NCBI RefSeq assembly: GCF_004010195.1
Contig: NC_057719.1
Coordinates: 68,508,567 to 68,572,566, forward strand
DNA from: Chiloscyllium plagiosum
Taxonomy: Eukaryota
Direction of reading: 5' to 3'
Length of the DNA: 64,000 nucleotides
Shown piece after piece: positions 38,575 through 51,364 of the stretch. The notes beneath the pieces are model-generated. The model saw nothing but the letters and a program-made list of their open reading frames with translations, searched no databases and had not been told where the DNA came from. The translations under genes were made by a program, and so were the position numbers. The first letter of the stretch is position 1; every line of letters begins with the position of its first letter.

Positions 38575-38780
38575 ATTTGAACTTTATTGCTGGAACAGCA
38601 CAGCAGGTCAGGCAGCATCCAGGGAACAGCTTTTTGAGCGCTGCTCCTTCATCAGGTGGTTGTGATGAAGGAGCAATGCTTGGAAAGTTAGTGCTTCCAA
38701 ATAAACCTGTTGGACTATAACCTGGTGTTGTGTGATTTTTAACTTTGTACACCCCAGTCCAACGCCGGTGTCTCCAAATC
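38575..38780. mobile_element. Composite of two PLE terminal-repeat families with an internal inversion
   Basis: 38575-38627 is the gctgg..cagcaggtcaggcagcatcc family. 38628-38664 is an inverted copy, and 38663-38780 a direct copy, of the 17690-17815 family. Confidence 0.8.
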
Positions 38781-38869
38781 AACAGAAATACTTGATTGTC
38801 CACCAAACTAGTAAATCTTTACATGACACGACTTCTCGGGTCTGACGGAGTCACAAACGATGCTTGGCA

Positions 38870-39200
38870 TTGTACAATCGTTAGTGTACATCCCCACCAC
38901 TGACCTTAACTTGAAGGGAAAGTCATTGATGAAAAGGTTGAACATGTTTGGACATTAGGGCACGAATAAACTCCTTCAGTGATGTCTTATGGTTTAAATG
39001 ATTGGCTTCTAAAAATCATAACCATCTTCCTTTGTGTGAGGTACGACTCCTACCAATGGAGAATTTTGACCCACTTCCCACTGATTTCTCTTTTGTGAGA
39101 GCTTCTTGACGTCATACTCAGTAAAATGTTGTCTTCATGCTAACACCTGTCACTCTCACCTTAGTCCAGGTGTTGTCCATGTTCAGAACAAGGTTATAGT
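38870..39200 (-). mobile_element. LINE-B RT-region fragment
   Basis: Homologous to 19260-19510. Confidence 0.65.
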
Positions 39201-39543
39201 TTGAACCAAAATTAGAAGGGTGCACATATTCCTTTCTACTCCTCCAAATGTCATAACAAATACTAACTTTAACCAGCGTGATAATATAGTAAATTAGATA
39301 GGCTTCAGCCTGTATCTTAATTAGTATTAGACATAGTTGAACCAAATTTATTTTGTGAACATAGAAGAATTAGATTATTGCAAATAAAATTTACTTAAAC
39401 AAATATGCAAATATTATTGGCAAAAGACAAATTTAGGCTGTGTGAAGATTTCTCGAGGACTTCCCTGAGCCCTCACTACACAGAGACCATGTAACTCAGC
39501 TGCTCTTAGTGCTGCAGCTGACAGCACCTGCTGTACATGGAGA

Positions 39544-39548
<5 letters not shown>

Positions 39549-39574
<26 letters not shown>

Positions 39575-39584
39575 TCACTCACTC
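39549..39584. repeat. Compound (CT)n(CA)n microsatellite
   Basis: tctctctctctcacacacacacacactcactcactc. Confidence 0.85.
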
Positions 39585-39779
39585 AAAGCACTGTCTTCCA
39601 GACTCTCACTTCTTCACTGATCTGACGAAGATGTTGCAACAGGCTTTAGACATATTGCTAGGTATACTGAATGTAACTAATACTTTGGAACGGCCACATG
39701 TAGCAACCTGGGCACTGTCTTTACTGTGGAATATTCCAATGTTTACCAAGTGCTGGCTCTTGCTTCACAAATTGATATA

Positions 39780-39992
39780 TATGTCATTCTGCTACAATGT
39801 GCGTTTCGTTAGTACAAATTCGCTAAAACACGGTTGACGAATTGGGGACACTGTTTCTAAAGCACGAACTTTTGAAGCGTGTATTGGTTATAATGCAATT
39901 CTGGCCCTATTAGTTTAAATGGTGCTGCTATTTTCTTCTAACACGGGATTGCACATGAACAGAACTATTGTATTTTAGCAGAACCAATTGTA
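39780..39992. mobile_element. MITE-like non-autonomous DNA transposon (Tc1/pogo style)
   Basis: Terminal inverted ttctgcta..aat / att..tagcagaa with TA dinucleotides at the ends and a CpG-richer interior than the flanks. Confidence 0.55.
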
Positions 39993-40839
39993 TTAAAGAA
40001 AGAACATAAGAACAGGATGAGGCCATTCAGCCCATTGAACTTTTAATTATTTACAATTGATGACCTGGCCTTGAAACTCCCCCAAAAGTCTACTGGTCGA
40101 CCTTCATGTCTGGAGCTGTGCTCTCCTGGATTCCTGGAACCTGCTCTCAAGCATTTACTACCTGGCACAGCTTTACACAAACAGAGAGCTTCCCCAACTT
40201 AGCACTGCCTGGTTTTTTTTTCCCCCTGAGCTCAAATGTTGGTAATTTGCATAAAGCAAATACTATTTGTGGGCATTCAACCTCCACCATCCGCTATAAT
40301 GAACTAATAATTCTGCACTGACTTCTTTTAAGACCTTCTGAGTTGCTAGGATTTCCTCGCTATATAAAGCTATTCAACTGTTTGTGGACATTATTAAGCC
40401 ACAAGTTCACAGATCCTATGTTGTTCAGTTACATTAGTAACACAGCTAACAGCAGGCTGCCTAACGTGAAGTCTGCTTCTCTTCTTCTCTCTCACACGTG
40501 CACATATACAGTCTCACTGTCTTTGACCTTTAAACTTCTATTTAGCAACTTCCAAATTGGCTCGAGTAACATACTGAAAACTTTGCAACCAACTACTCCC
40601 CATTGCTAGGCAAAATTGAATGCAGCTAATGTCTTGGAAGATAATTAACGTCTTATACGAGTCTGAGTGATGTGTGCTGTAGTGAGATGTATAACAGAAA
40701 CAAGCGCAAACTACATTGAGGTCCACCTTGATGTCGGTAGCAACTTGTTGTAGATTTTATACATTTGCTGAGCAAAAATGCCTAAATCCCACAAGTCAGT
40801 GGCAAGTTCCCAATTAAGAGGAATGTAGCATGTTGTCTG

Positions 40840-43570
40840 CCTTACTAATGCCACAGCTTACCTTGGAAGGAAGATGAAGTGGATTGTCTACACAGCGCTT
40901 CTGGCTGAAGTGCTTTAGGCTTGCCTTTTGTACGATGTTGGGTTCCTTCATCATTCATGCTGGGGATATTTGTGGAGACTTCAACATCTGTTAATGTTTG
41001 AATTTTACATTCACAAGAGGATGTGGCAGAATTGCAGAGCTTCGATCTGACCTGCTGTTTGTGGTATTGCTTAGTTTTAGTTCTCATTAAAGTTTCACCA
41101 TGTTGACACCGCATTTTTAGGTTTGCCCGGTGCTGCTCCTGGTGTATCTTTCTGCAATCTTCATTGAACCAGGGTGGATGGCCTGGCTCGATGGTAAGGT
41201 ATATGCTGGGGCATGACATTACAGGTTGTGGATAAATATAGTTATGCTATTGCTGATAGTCAACTTATCTCATGGTTACTCAGTTTGCAGTGCTAGGTCT
41301 ATTCAAATCTATCCCAGCACTATAGTAGTGCTACAGAGTACATGGTTATTTGCAATGTTAAGATAGAACTTCATCTCCATAATGACTGTGCAGTGGTTTC
41401 TTCTACCAATACCATTATTGGCAGATGAATCTCTGACTAGTACATTGGTAAGGACAAAGTGAAATAGGTTTTCCCCTCTTGTTAGTTTTCTTACCACTTG
41501 TCTCAGTCCCAGGCAACAGCTACATCCTTTAGAACTAGACCTGATTGGACTATAGTGATGCTGCCAAGCCTCTTTTTCTGGTAGACATTGATATCTTCCA
41601 CCCAAAGTGCATCTGTGCCTTTGCCATCTTTTGTACTCCTTCCAATTGATGTTCAAAATGAGAAGTAATGAACTATCAGCTAAGGAGGAGGGTTATGGGT
41701 GATAGGTGGTAATTAGCAGAAGGTTTCCTTTCCCGTATCTGCCTTGATATCATGATATTTTGTGGGTTCTACAGTCAATATTGAGGACTTCCGGGGCTCC
41801 TCATTCTTGATTCTATATTACTGCTGTCACCATGGCTAGTGGCCACTGGGACTGGATCTTGATTCCCTGCAATTTGCTTGTCAATTTCCCTTGCCCTACA
41901 TTCAGCCCCGGAACATCTCAATAACAAGGACACCTATGTCAGATTCCTACTGATCAACTACAGCTCTGTCTTCAGCACCATTATCCCCTAGACTAACCTC
42001 AAAAGTCCAAGCCTTAAGTCTCGGCTCTGCCCTCTGCAACTAGATCCTCAGCTTCCTGACCCACAGACTGGAATCAGTAAAGGTAGACAACTACACCACC
42101 TCCATGATGACCCTCAACACCAGCCCCCATAAGGATATGTTCTCCCCATATATCCACAGCTATGAAGCCAAATTCTGAGCAAACACCACCTCTAACTTTG
42201 CTGACAACACCACAGTGGGTAGGCCGGATATCAAACAACAATGAGTCAGAAAGGAGACAGAGGGCTTGGTGTCATGGTGCAATGATAACAACCTCTCTCT
42301 CATTATGGACAAAGCAAAAGAACTGATCATTGACTTTGGAAAGAAAGGAGGAGGACATACCACCATCTTCAGTGGAGCTGAAGTGGAGAGGGTTGAGTGT
42401 GTCAGGTTCCTAAGGGTGGCAAAAACCAACAGCCTGTCTTGGACTTCCCATGTAGACAGAACAGTACAGAAGGCACAACAACAACTCTTCTTCCTCAGGC
42501 AGCTTAGGAAACTCAGCATGTCCAAAAGGACCTTCAGCAACTGTTACAGATCCACCAGAGAAAGCATTCTATCCTGGTGCATATTGGCCTGGTATGGCAA
42601 CTACTCTGCCTAGGTCCGTAATAAACCCCAGAAGGCTGTGTTCTCAGCCCAGACCATCGCGGAAGCCTCACAATATGTCCACATTCTGCAATCGCGGAAC
42701 CCAACCCACCCCCCCACCCTTACTCCCACCTCCCACCCTCACTCCCACCTCCAACCACATCCGTGGACTCTAATTACACTTCTCACTGAGGCAGAAAGGC
42801 TGCCAAAATCATTAAAGACCAGTCCCACCCCATTACTGCTCTCCTTCAACCACTTCCATCAGGCAGGAGATGCAGAAGCTTGAACATACGTAGCAACAGT
42901 TTTAAGAACAGCTTCTTCTCTGCTGTTTTTTGGACAGATGAATGGACTCTCTAACTTCTAATGTTGATCTTGTTAATGTTGATATGATTTTGTGCACCTC
43001 CTGTGCAGCTATAACCTGTATGCTTCGCTTTGTCTAAGCACCATTTGATCTCTATGTCCTTGTTTGCTATGAACTACCTGTGGCCACAATAAATCAAATC
43101 AAATCAAAATGTGCTCAGTGATAGTGATGGTCATGCTGGGACATTGTAAGGTATGTTCCTGTGAGTATGACTTTGGCAAGATGTTACTTGACTAGTCTCT
43201 CAGTTAACTGGTTGGCTGGTTTGGATTGCAGAATGACACAAACAGTGTGCATTAATTTCCCAGCTGAGACCACCAGAAAGGCCTAATCTTTTAAATCCCT
43301 GCCACTCCTTCCCTGAAGCATGGTGATCCTCACATTAAGACTCAATAGCTGCAACAATAATGAGTTTTACTATGGGACAGTTCTACCAATTTTGGAAATC
43401 CAGATGTTGCTACGGAGACCTTTTCAGGATCATTGGGCCTGGGCATGCTATTATTGATGCCGAATGGCCCATCCTGCTTTGTTCTTATAGATTCATAGTG
43501 GTTTGATACACTAAGTGGCTTACTAGGCCATTTCAGAAGACAGTTAAGAATCAATGATGTTTCTGTGTTT
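40840..43570 (-). mobile_element. 5' portion of LINE-B (APE endonuclease region), split by Rex1 and a SINE
   Basis: Minus-strand translations PKLVELSH, RLVK*HLAKVILTGTYL, LGLRQVVRKLTRGENLFHFVLTN and PWFNEDCR resemble LINE endonuclease/linker motifs. Confidence 0.7.
41915..43109 (+). mobile_element. Rex1/Babar-clade LINE RT and 3' end
   Basis: NFADNTT, WCNDNNLSL..KAKELIIDF..VERVECVRFL..LSWTSH..KAQQQLFFLRQLRK..YRSTRESILSWCILAWYGN. Tail aataaatcaaatcaaatcaaa. Confidence 0.88.
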
Positions 43571-44437
43571 ATGCTTATTTAAGGAGGTATATAAATCTGA
43601 TATATTGTATAAATGCTGAAGTCTGCTACAAAGGCAGACAGATGACTACTACCTGTCATGAAGATATTTCAGTATTCAACATCATGCCCCTTCAAGTGAG
43701 GTTTTCATGTTTAGTGTCAATTATTGCCAAGTAATGGGTGGTTTTATGCTCTGGGCTCAAATCCATTAAGAATGGAGCTAAGGCCATCCTAAATTCTTTT
43801 CGTTTAAGCCTTTGACAGTTAGAGTATCTGTGTTGGATTTTAACCCCAGTTCCAGAGGTGAAAGGACAATGCTTTAAAATGCTATGTCATATTGTCTGAG
43901 ATATTATTTCATTTCTGTAAACCTGTTACTATTTTATGGTGGAAAAAAACATCAAAAGCCAAGGCATTGCAGGATAGCTATTAACCATCACCTTTTATTG
44001 GCTACATAACCTTTCAAATCTTATTGTTCTCCTTTCACCTCTAATGAAAGAAGAGGATGAAGAGTTAATGTTTAAGGAAAGCAAGAAAAGCAATTTTATA
44101 AAACAAAACCTGCTATTAACTGTGGAAATTGATTCTTTAGATCTTGAAAATCTATTACAAGCAGTGGATGTTTAACCGACAGTGTGGTTGGGAATATTCA
44201 GTGTCTTAAGGACGAGAAGTGAAAGCAATTAGATAATGAATTATTGAGGCAAAAAGTATGTTATAAATATGTTTGAATTGATAACAGTAATGTAGGAAAC
44301 AAGAAAGAGAAAGCAAGCAAATTTCTACATTATAAAGCAAAAGATTTTAACTTTGAATTTCTGACAGTTAGCTTTAATAGTGTTTATAGGGCAGTTATCA
44401 GAATTTGGAATCCTATCCAATTTTCCATTTACACCCA

Positions 44438-44600
44438 AGGATAGGTTAGCTCAATTGGCTAGACAGCGAGTCTGTGGATCAGATTAGTTCAACAGGTGGA
44501 TCAGACTAGTGTCAACTTATGCTTTGAAGCATAAGTTTTGATCCCCATTCTGGATGAGGTAGACTCAGGACTTTCCTCCTTGCCCTAACTGTAGTAAAAG
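44438..44600 (+). mobile_element. Decayed tRNA-headed SINE-like element
   Basis: A-box tagctcaattgg and B-box-like gttttgatcccc. A related relic lies at about 43198-43340. Confidence 0.45.
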
Positions 44601-45861
44601 ATTGTTCAATGAATAGTTGCCAAGGACCTTTCTTCAGGTAGAGCTGAAGAAATGATAAGGGGTGTTCTTTGGTTCATCCATGAGCCTAACTCACATCCCA
44701 TCACCAGCAACCAGGAAACCTGTGTTAGTCTCTCCCACCTTCCAAATGGATAAGGGGCAAGGGAGTCCGGGTGGGAGACTAGCATGGAGATGTTCCCATG
44801 ATTAAGATGGGCTGCGTCCGTGACATATTTTATTTAGAAACACACTTCTTCCTAAATCACATGTACCATGTGGGAAGTCAAAATCCTTACTTCTGTATCA
44901 CTGTCTACCGATTATCAGTGGTAAAATGCCAACATGGTAAATACTTACCAAATATCGATATTTTGAGTTACGTATAACTTCTTTGACTAATTTATTCATT
45001 TAAAATACTTCCACATTTCCATGTATTTTGTTTTATTGAGTATTAAGCTGCTAATCTGTGCCTTAAATCTTTGAAGCAGTGCATGCTGTGCTATTGGATA
45101 TCTCACAAACCCATCACAACTTATTATGCTAACTCTTTGAAGCTTTATTCTAAATCTGCTCAATAAGCTTATTTGCAATTTTTAAAGTCGCAAACTATAA
45201 TCAATGCACTATCATCAGTTTGAAGAATTATATGATCAAGTTAATTCATCTCCTGTGGTATTGGTCATATGCAACCAAGGGGTTTAACATTGGCCTGCAG
45301 TTTGCCCATTACTGTAGTACAAAAGTAAAGGTAAAGTTTTATTCCATTGCCTGAATGGTAATAGACAATTTCATGAATCACACATTATTTATAAAAACTG
45401 TCTGATTTTCATTCTATTGAAATCATTGGAATGAAGTAGACTGGTTCCGTAATGAGGTGTTCTGACGCACCTATTTAGCACTGAACTGGGGCCAAGGTAT
45501 CACCTTCTCCAGCATGTCATCTGTCTAAGATAACATGAAAGTCATGTTTTTGTTATTGACAATAGAATAAACAGGATTCATTGATAAGTGTCCTATCATT
45601 TCCTTACTCAATATTACTTCTTATTTTTCTTTTAACCCAATGTCCAATTACAGGGGTCGTTGATTGGGCACACATTTCTTTTCCTTGATTACACTTGAGA
45701 AGGTAGTGGGCCTTTGCCTTGAACAGCGAAAGTCCATGTAGTAATTGAACACTCGAAATGTGATTAGATATGGAATTCCAGATCATAAACCTCTGCTAAT
45801 CCGAACTTTGGAATTAAAATTTAGAAATGGTGAGGAAAGCAAGCTACCATTACCAACTACC

Positions 45862-45976
45862 ACTGGACCTGAAACTAACTCTGATTTCTCTCCACAGATG
45901 CTGCCAGACTTACTGAGCTTTTTCAGCAATTTGTTTTTGTTTCTGATTTACAGCATCCACAGTTCTTTTGGTTTTT
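45862..45976 (+). mobile_element. PLE pLTR tail
   Basis: tttctctccacagatgctgccagacttactgagc, homologous to 61830-61922. Confidence 0.75.
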
Positions 45977-45999
45977 ACCATTATGTGCTACTTTTGTTT

Positions 46000-46350
46000 A
46001 TTCGTTTATTCATTCATGGGATGAGGGCATCGCTGACCAGGCAGCATTTATTGCCCATCCCTAATTGCACAGAGGGCAGTTAAGAGTCAACCACATTGCT
46101 GTGGGTCTGGAGTGACTTGTTGGCCAGACCAAGTAAGGATGGCAGTTTCCTTCCCTGAAGGACATTAGTGAACCAGATGGGTTTTTCACGACAATTGGCA
46201 ATGGATTCAGGGTCATCGTTAGATTCTTAATTCCAGATATTTATTGAATTTAAATTCCACCATTTGCCATTGTTGGATTTGAAACTGGCTCCCCAGGGCG
46301 TTGAAACTGGCTCTGGGTCTCTGGATTTACAGTCCAGTGATAATAATACT
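46000..46350 (-). mobile_element. tRNA-headed SINE-B sharing its 3' tail with LINE-B
   Basis: B-box-like gtttcaaatcc on the minus strand. 46010-46068 matches LINE-B 3' ends such as 51371-51433. Confidence 0.8.
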
Positions 46351-47719
46351 TGGAAGTGCTGCTCCTGATTTCCTGGGCAAATGAAACCTATCCTTTAGGA
46401 TCTCTCCATTTTTCTCAATGATCAATTGCATTGAAGAATGGGTCTTGCTGTAAAATTCTTTAAGTTTCTGTTCTTGTAACTCTCAAAAGTATCTTGATCC
46501 AGCAAAGCAGGACCCTGGTTTTATTGCTGAAAAGCCATCAAGCTCTTCGTTCTCTTTCATGAATAAAGAAGAGAGGTTTAAATCCCTGCATACTAAAATA
46601 TCATGACAACCACCAATAAATTTGGTAGTTAGGTGGTCAATTCTTCATAGCAGAAACTGATAACTTATCATTTGCTAATTGAACAAGTATCATCTTACAC
46701 TACTTAGGTAGTTCAAGCAGTTGATTTTGGAAATTTGTAGCACAAAATCTACTTCAATTTGAACTTTTTAAAATAAAAGAACATGACAGAACTGTCTAGC
46801 CTTGCATATTGTTGCCTTATAATCATCCAACATGTACAAATTTGTCAATTCTCTTGAAGATTGGAAATGTGACCTAGCAATTGCACGCTTAAGTAGCCTA
46901 GCTCTGGGTGATTTGCAATCAGCTCCCCTGTTGCTGCTTGAAATGGTGGCAAACAAAGTCAGTGTTGTGGTAACTGATATAGTTGTTTGGCTATGATCAT
47001 GGGATCATGCAGCAAATGGGAGGTTTGTGGTGAAAAATGAGCACTCTCAAATCTCTGTGAGTCAAGCCAGCAAAGATTTTATTTGAACACAAACAAAGAA
47101 GAAGTTCACGTAGGTGACCCAAAACACTTCACAAACGTACAGAGGTTTTAGTACACGTTTATAATTTACAACTTAATTGAGGCCCATGTTATCTCAACTT
47201 TCAGCCTCAGGTGTCCTAATTTCCATGTCAACTTAACCTTTTACCTGAACTTCCCTTCCCTTATCTCCTTGCTCTGCAGAGCAATTAATAATATCCTTAC
47301 ACAGGTATTATTGTTACAACATTGAAGAAATCAAGTATTATGATAGTACTTGTTTTATGAGCTTGAATCCTATTAATATTAGCACATTCACCATTATTTC
47401 AGCAGCATTCATCTACAGCCTTTTTTGTGAACCCTATTCTCTTCATAGAGAGCTCCTTACTCAGATTTGGAAAGACCTGCATGATGTGTTGAGTTTTTGT
47501 TTAAGGATGCAATGTGTGTGACCCTCAAATGCTGTCACAGCATCCTATTCTAGCTTGTTTTTTTCACCTCCTCCATTAATACATCAGGGGAATTCCCACA
47601 TGGATAGTTGATAAGTAAATATCCTTTAATCACATGGCAGGCATTAGATCCAAGCTTTTGTCTGCCAATTAACAATTAAAGAAAAAGATAAAGCATTGGA
47701 GATCCCGAGCTCTTATAGC

Positions 47720-48230
47720 TGGACACAGATACAAAGTTGTGGTCAACCTTAATAATCACTAATTCAGCCTCAGCTGGAGTACAATGTCTAATTCTGAACA
47801 TATGCTTTAGGAAGGACATCAAAACTTTGGAGACGGTGCATAAAAGATTCACAAGAATGGTTCAAAGGATGTGAAGCTTCGGTTATATGTGTAGAGGATG
47901 TGAAAGGAGATTGATCAAAATCGTGAAGGGGCTGGACTGAGTGGATTGAGAGAAACTATGCCCCTCAGCAGGAGGGTTGTGAAGCAGAGGGCACCAATTT
48001 AAGGTGAAGCATCGGTGACATAAAGAAAAACTTTATTATGCACAGAATGTTCAGGACCGGGGAGTAGACTGCCTGAGATGGTGGTGGAGGCAATTGCAAT
48101 CTTGGCTTTGAAAAGTGTTTTGGATAAGCACCTGAAGAGGTAAAAATTGTAAGGCTATGGGAAAGCTGACATAATGGGACCAGCTGGGTTGCTCTTATAG
48201 ACAACTGGCACGGGCACCATGGGTCAACCA
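47720..48230 (+). mobile_element. Old CR1 LINE 3' fragment
   Basis: IQPQLEYNV*F*..RKDIKTLETVHKRFTRMV..RGHQFKV. Confidence 0.8.
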
Positions 48231-49154
48231 TTCTACGATTTCTGCTACATCCAGCTGTACCCAAAATAGCTTGTGTAGCTGAAACTGACAATCAGTACAG
48301 ACTTTCTGCTACCCTCAACTCAGTGTCACAAAAACTGGAGCCAACAGCAGTAAGGATCACAGGATAATGTTATCCCAATGAATGTCACTATATAATGTAA
48401 TCAGGGAATCATACGAATAGATGAGCTTGGAAAACAGAACTTCATAGGCAAACCCAGCATCACATTACGAGAGGAACAGAATGGAAACCTAACTGTGAGA
48501 AGTCCTATTACAATTTGACGCACTCAAAATGGTGGTGTAATATTTCTACAATAATGCAGATAGAAAATTAAAGCAATTTAATTTGCAGTTTATTTTGGTA
48601 TCAAGTTGTGTTCAGCTTTTAGAAAGGGTTGCACTTCCTCATCTGATTTTTGATATTGGATATATGCATTTTATAAAACTGACATAGAACAGAGTTCTTA
48701 TATTTCTATTTACAATTATTTTCCTTCATTAATCCCTGATGAACTTTAAAAACAAAACATCACTCTTCTTGTGAGGATTTCAGAGTACTGAACTCCATAT
48801 GTCTGTGTCTTTCTTTTCATTGACAATTTAATAGCTTTTCAAATCTGTGGTTTGTAACATTTAATTGAAACGTTCTCACTTCTCTCATCTTTACATTTAC
48901 TTGTTTAAAACTTGGTTGGATCTGAAACTTAATGCGCCTGTGAGATTGGGGTGCATTTGAATCGGACGCCTGTCTTGTAACGATAGGTGGAGCTCCATTT
49001 CAAACTGAAACCTGGCCAAGTTTAAATTAAGCATAGAACTAAAATACAATTTATTTTTGCCAGAAATATTAGTTCAAAATTGTAACTTATCTGTCTTCAG
49101 TTAGAATTTATGGTCTAATTTCACCAGTTGGCATGATGAATATCAAGTTTGAAA

Positions 49155-49612
49155 AGCCTGGATGAGTTCAGCCCCAATAAGGCTCAAGAAGCTTGACACC
49201 ATCCAGGACAAAGCAGCCTGTTTGATTGGTACCACATTCACAAGCATCCACTCCCTCCACGATCAGCGCTCAGTAACAGCAGTGTGTACTATCTACAAGA
49301 TGCGCTGCAACAATTCACCAAAAATCCTTATATCGCACCTTCCAAATTCACAAGCACTTCCATCGAGAAGAGCAAGGGCAGCAGATACATGGCAACACCA
49401 CCACCTTCAAGTTCTCCCATCCTGACTTGGAAATGTATTGCTATTTCTTCACTGTCGCTGGGTCAAAATCTTGGAATTCCCTCCCTGATGGCATTGTAGA
49501 CTGCAACATTTCAAGAAGGCAGCTCACCACCATCTTCTGAAAGGCATCTAAGAATGGGCAGTAAATGCTGGCCCGGACAGCGACTTCCATGCCCCACAAA
49601 TGAATAAAAAGA
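49155..49612 (+). mobile_element. LINE-B 3' fragment
   Basis: WMSSAPIRLKKLDTIQDKAACLIG..SIHSLHDQRSVTAVCTIYKM. 3' end gggcagtaaatgctggcc..tgaataaaaa. Confidence 0.88.
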
Positions 49613-49708
49613 AAGTAATGGCCTGTGTCTTAGCAGTGCAAAAGGCATGGGCTTTGCCATTTTGGCAAAGATGGCAGCCTAGTTGCCTGAAGCACATTTT
49701 AGGGGCCT

Positions 49709-49747
49709 TCTCTCTCTCTCTCTCTCTCTCTTCCTCTCTCTCTCTCT
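49709..49747. repeat. (CT)n microsatellite
   Basis: Direct observation. Confidence 0.9.
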
Positions 49748-51364
49748 GTGCATCAAATTTGTCAGGAATAAGTGACTTTGGTTGCAGCGGTTGAACTAGC
49801 CTAGATTATGATCCCAGCAAAATGTATTTCTGTGCAGCTGGTAGAAACAAGAAAAGTCCTCCCATCACCTGAGAGTGTCTGCCAGTCTGAAATCTGTCTT
49901 CCTCCCATTGGCTGTCTACCCTGATCCAAAGCCATCCCTGGGATTTACATGAAGGCCATAGCTTTTGAGTGGGGAGGCACAATGCTGAAGCCAATACAAT
50001 TGCTGAGTTGCCTATTGAGACCATTTGATTCAGTTGTTATACATCCAAAAGTAGATCAACTTTAATCCCTTGGAATTTTCTGTTTGGTTTTTCAATAAAC
50101 AAAAAGCAAACTATACTTGAAAGAAGATCATAAGTGTAGCATCTACAAATAAGCCATGCCATTAGACAACAACTCCAGGTACTAAAGCCGCAATGGATTG
50201 ATCAGACCAACAGCATTTTTAAAACATATGCACTCAGGTTAAGTTTCCGATTTTGTACAGACGATGATGCATCTTGTCACAATAACAAACTGCTTCCTTT
50301 CTGTTTTGGGGACATGATTTGTAATTAGTCTGACCCAAGTTCGGAGCTTTTCTAAAAGCTGGTTCAGATAAAGTCATACACACAAGCCTCTGTTAGCAGA
50401 AACAGGTGTTGGCTATGATTAGGGAGAAATTACATCATTTGAACAAAACCACAGCCAGACACAAAAACATTTGCAGATATAAAGCTGCCTTAATGAGAGC
50501 CAAATTGATTTGGCATCCAGGAGAGATTTTTTGCCAAGAAAAGCACAGAGGCCTGCACTGGCCCAGATTCTGTTTACTGAGTGTCAGTCTTCATCATTAG
50601 TAAAGACCAATAATAGCAGTGAGAAGACCTTTGAAGCCGGGAGTATGAGGGAAGGCTGGGTGGCTACCTCTGATGTCAGATCCAATATTCTGATTGCAAA
50701 CTATTTCCTGGATAAAGATCATGTTTGTCAGATGAAATGGAATTTAATCCGTACAATGCAGATCATAGGGCAGTCATCCTAATTACAACATCCACCAAAT
50801 CACTGATAAAAAATTCTGATATGTGCATAAGACACAATGTCATTCTTTTGCACTACAAAGGCTAATTGTAAAATAGTATCCCACGTAAAATCATTAGTGC
50901 TAATCAGATGCCATCAGATCTGGATCTCTCTGTAATTCTTCAGAAAAAAAAGTCTATTTAAAGTTTAAGAAGTTAAGGAGCATTAACTCCTTTGTGACTA
51001 AATCATATTTCTTTCAACCAAAATTTGCCCAGTTCAAAACTTGCTCTATCATCAATAATGCATTTTTTAAAAGTCTCTGTGTTTTATGGTGAATATGTTG
51101 AAATATGGCTGCAGTACCACAATATACTTACTGGACTTACATCTCACTGTCAACATTAAAATATGAAAAAGTGTGTTTTTGTTCCACAATGGATTTAAAA
51201 AATAAACTTGAATGGTTTGTTTTTAATTGATTACAGGTTCATGGACTTCAAATATTGAACAATGTCCAAGGATCTTTCTCAAGTAAATCATATTTACTAA
51301 TGACAAAAATAATAGTATATGTACATGGAAAGGCTGTTCAACAGATCTAGCCTGCTAATGATTT

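Noticed and set aside
42266..42613. 115-aa ORF as a functional RT
   Set aside because: Rex1/Babar fragment surrounded by stops and frameshifts.
48700..48985. Possible solo LTR end
   Set aside because: No second LTR, primer-binding site, polypurine tract or TSD is identifiable.
49652..49670. Short palindromes (ctttgcca-ttt-tggcaaag; also near 11113-11130 and 12273-12299)
   Set aside because: Arms of 7-8 bp are expected by chance in 64 kb.
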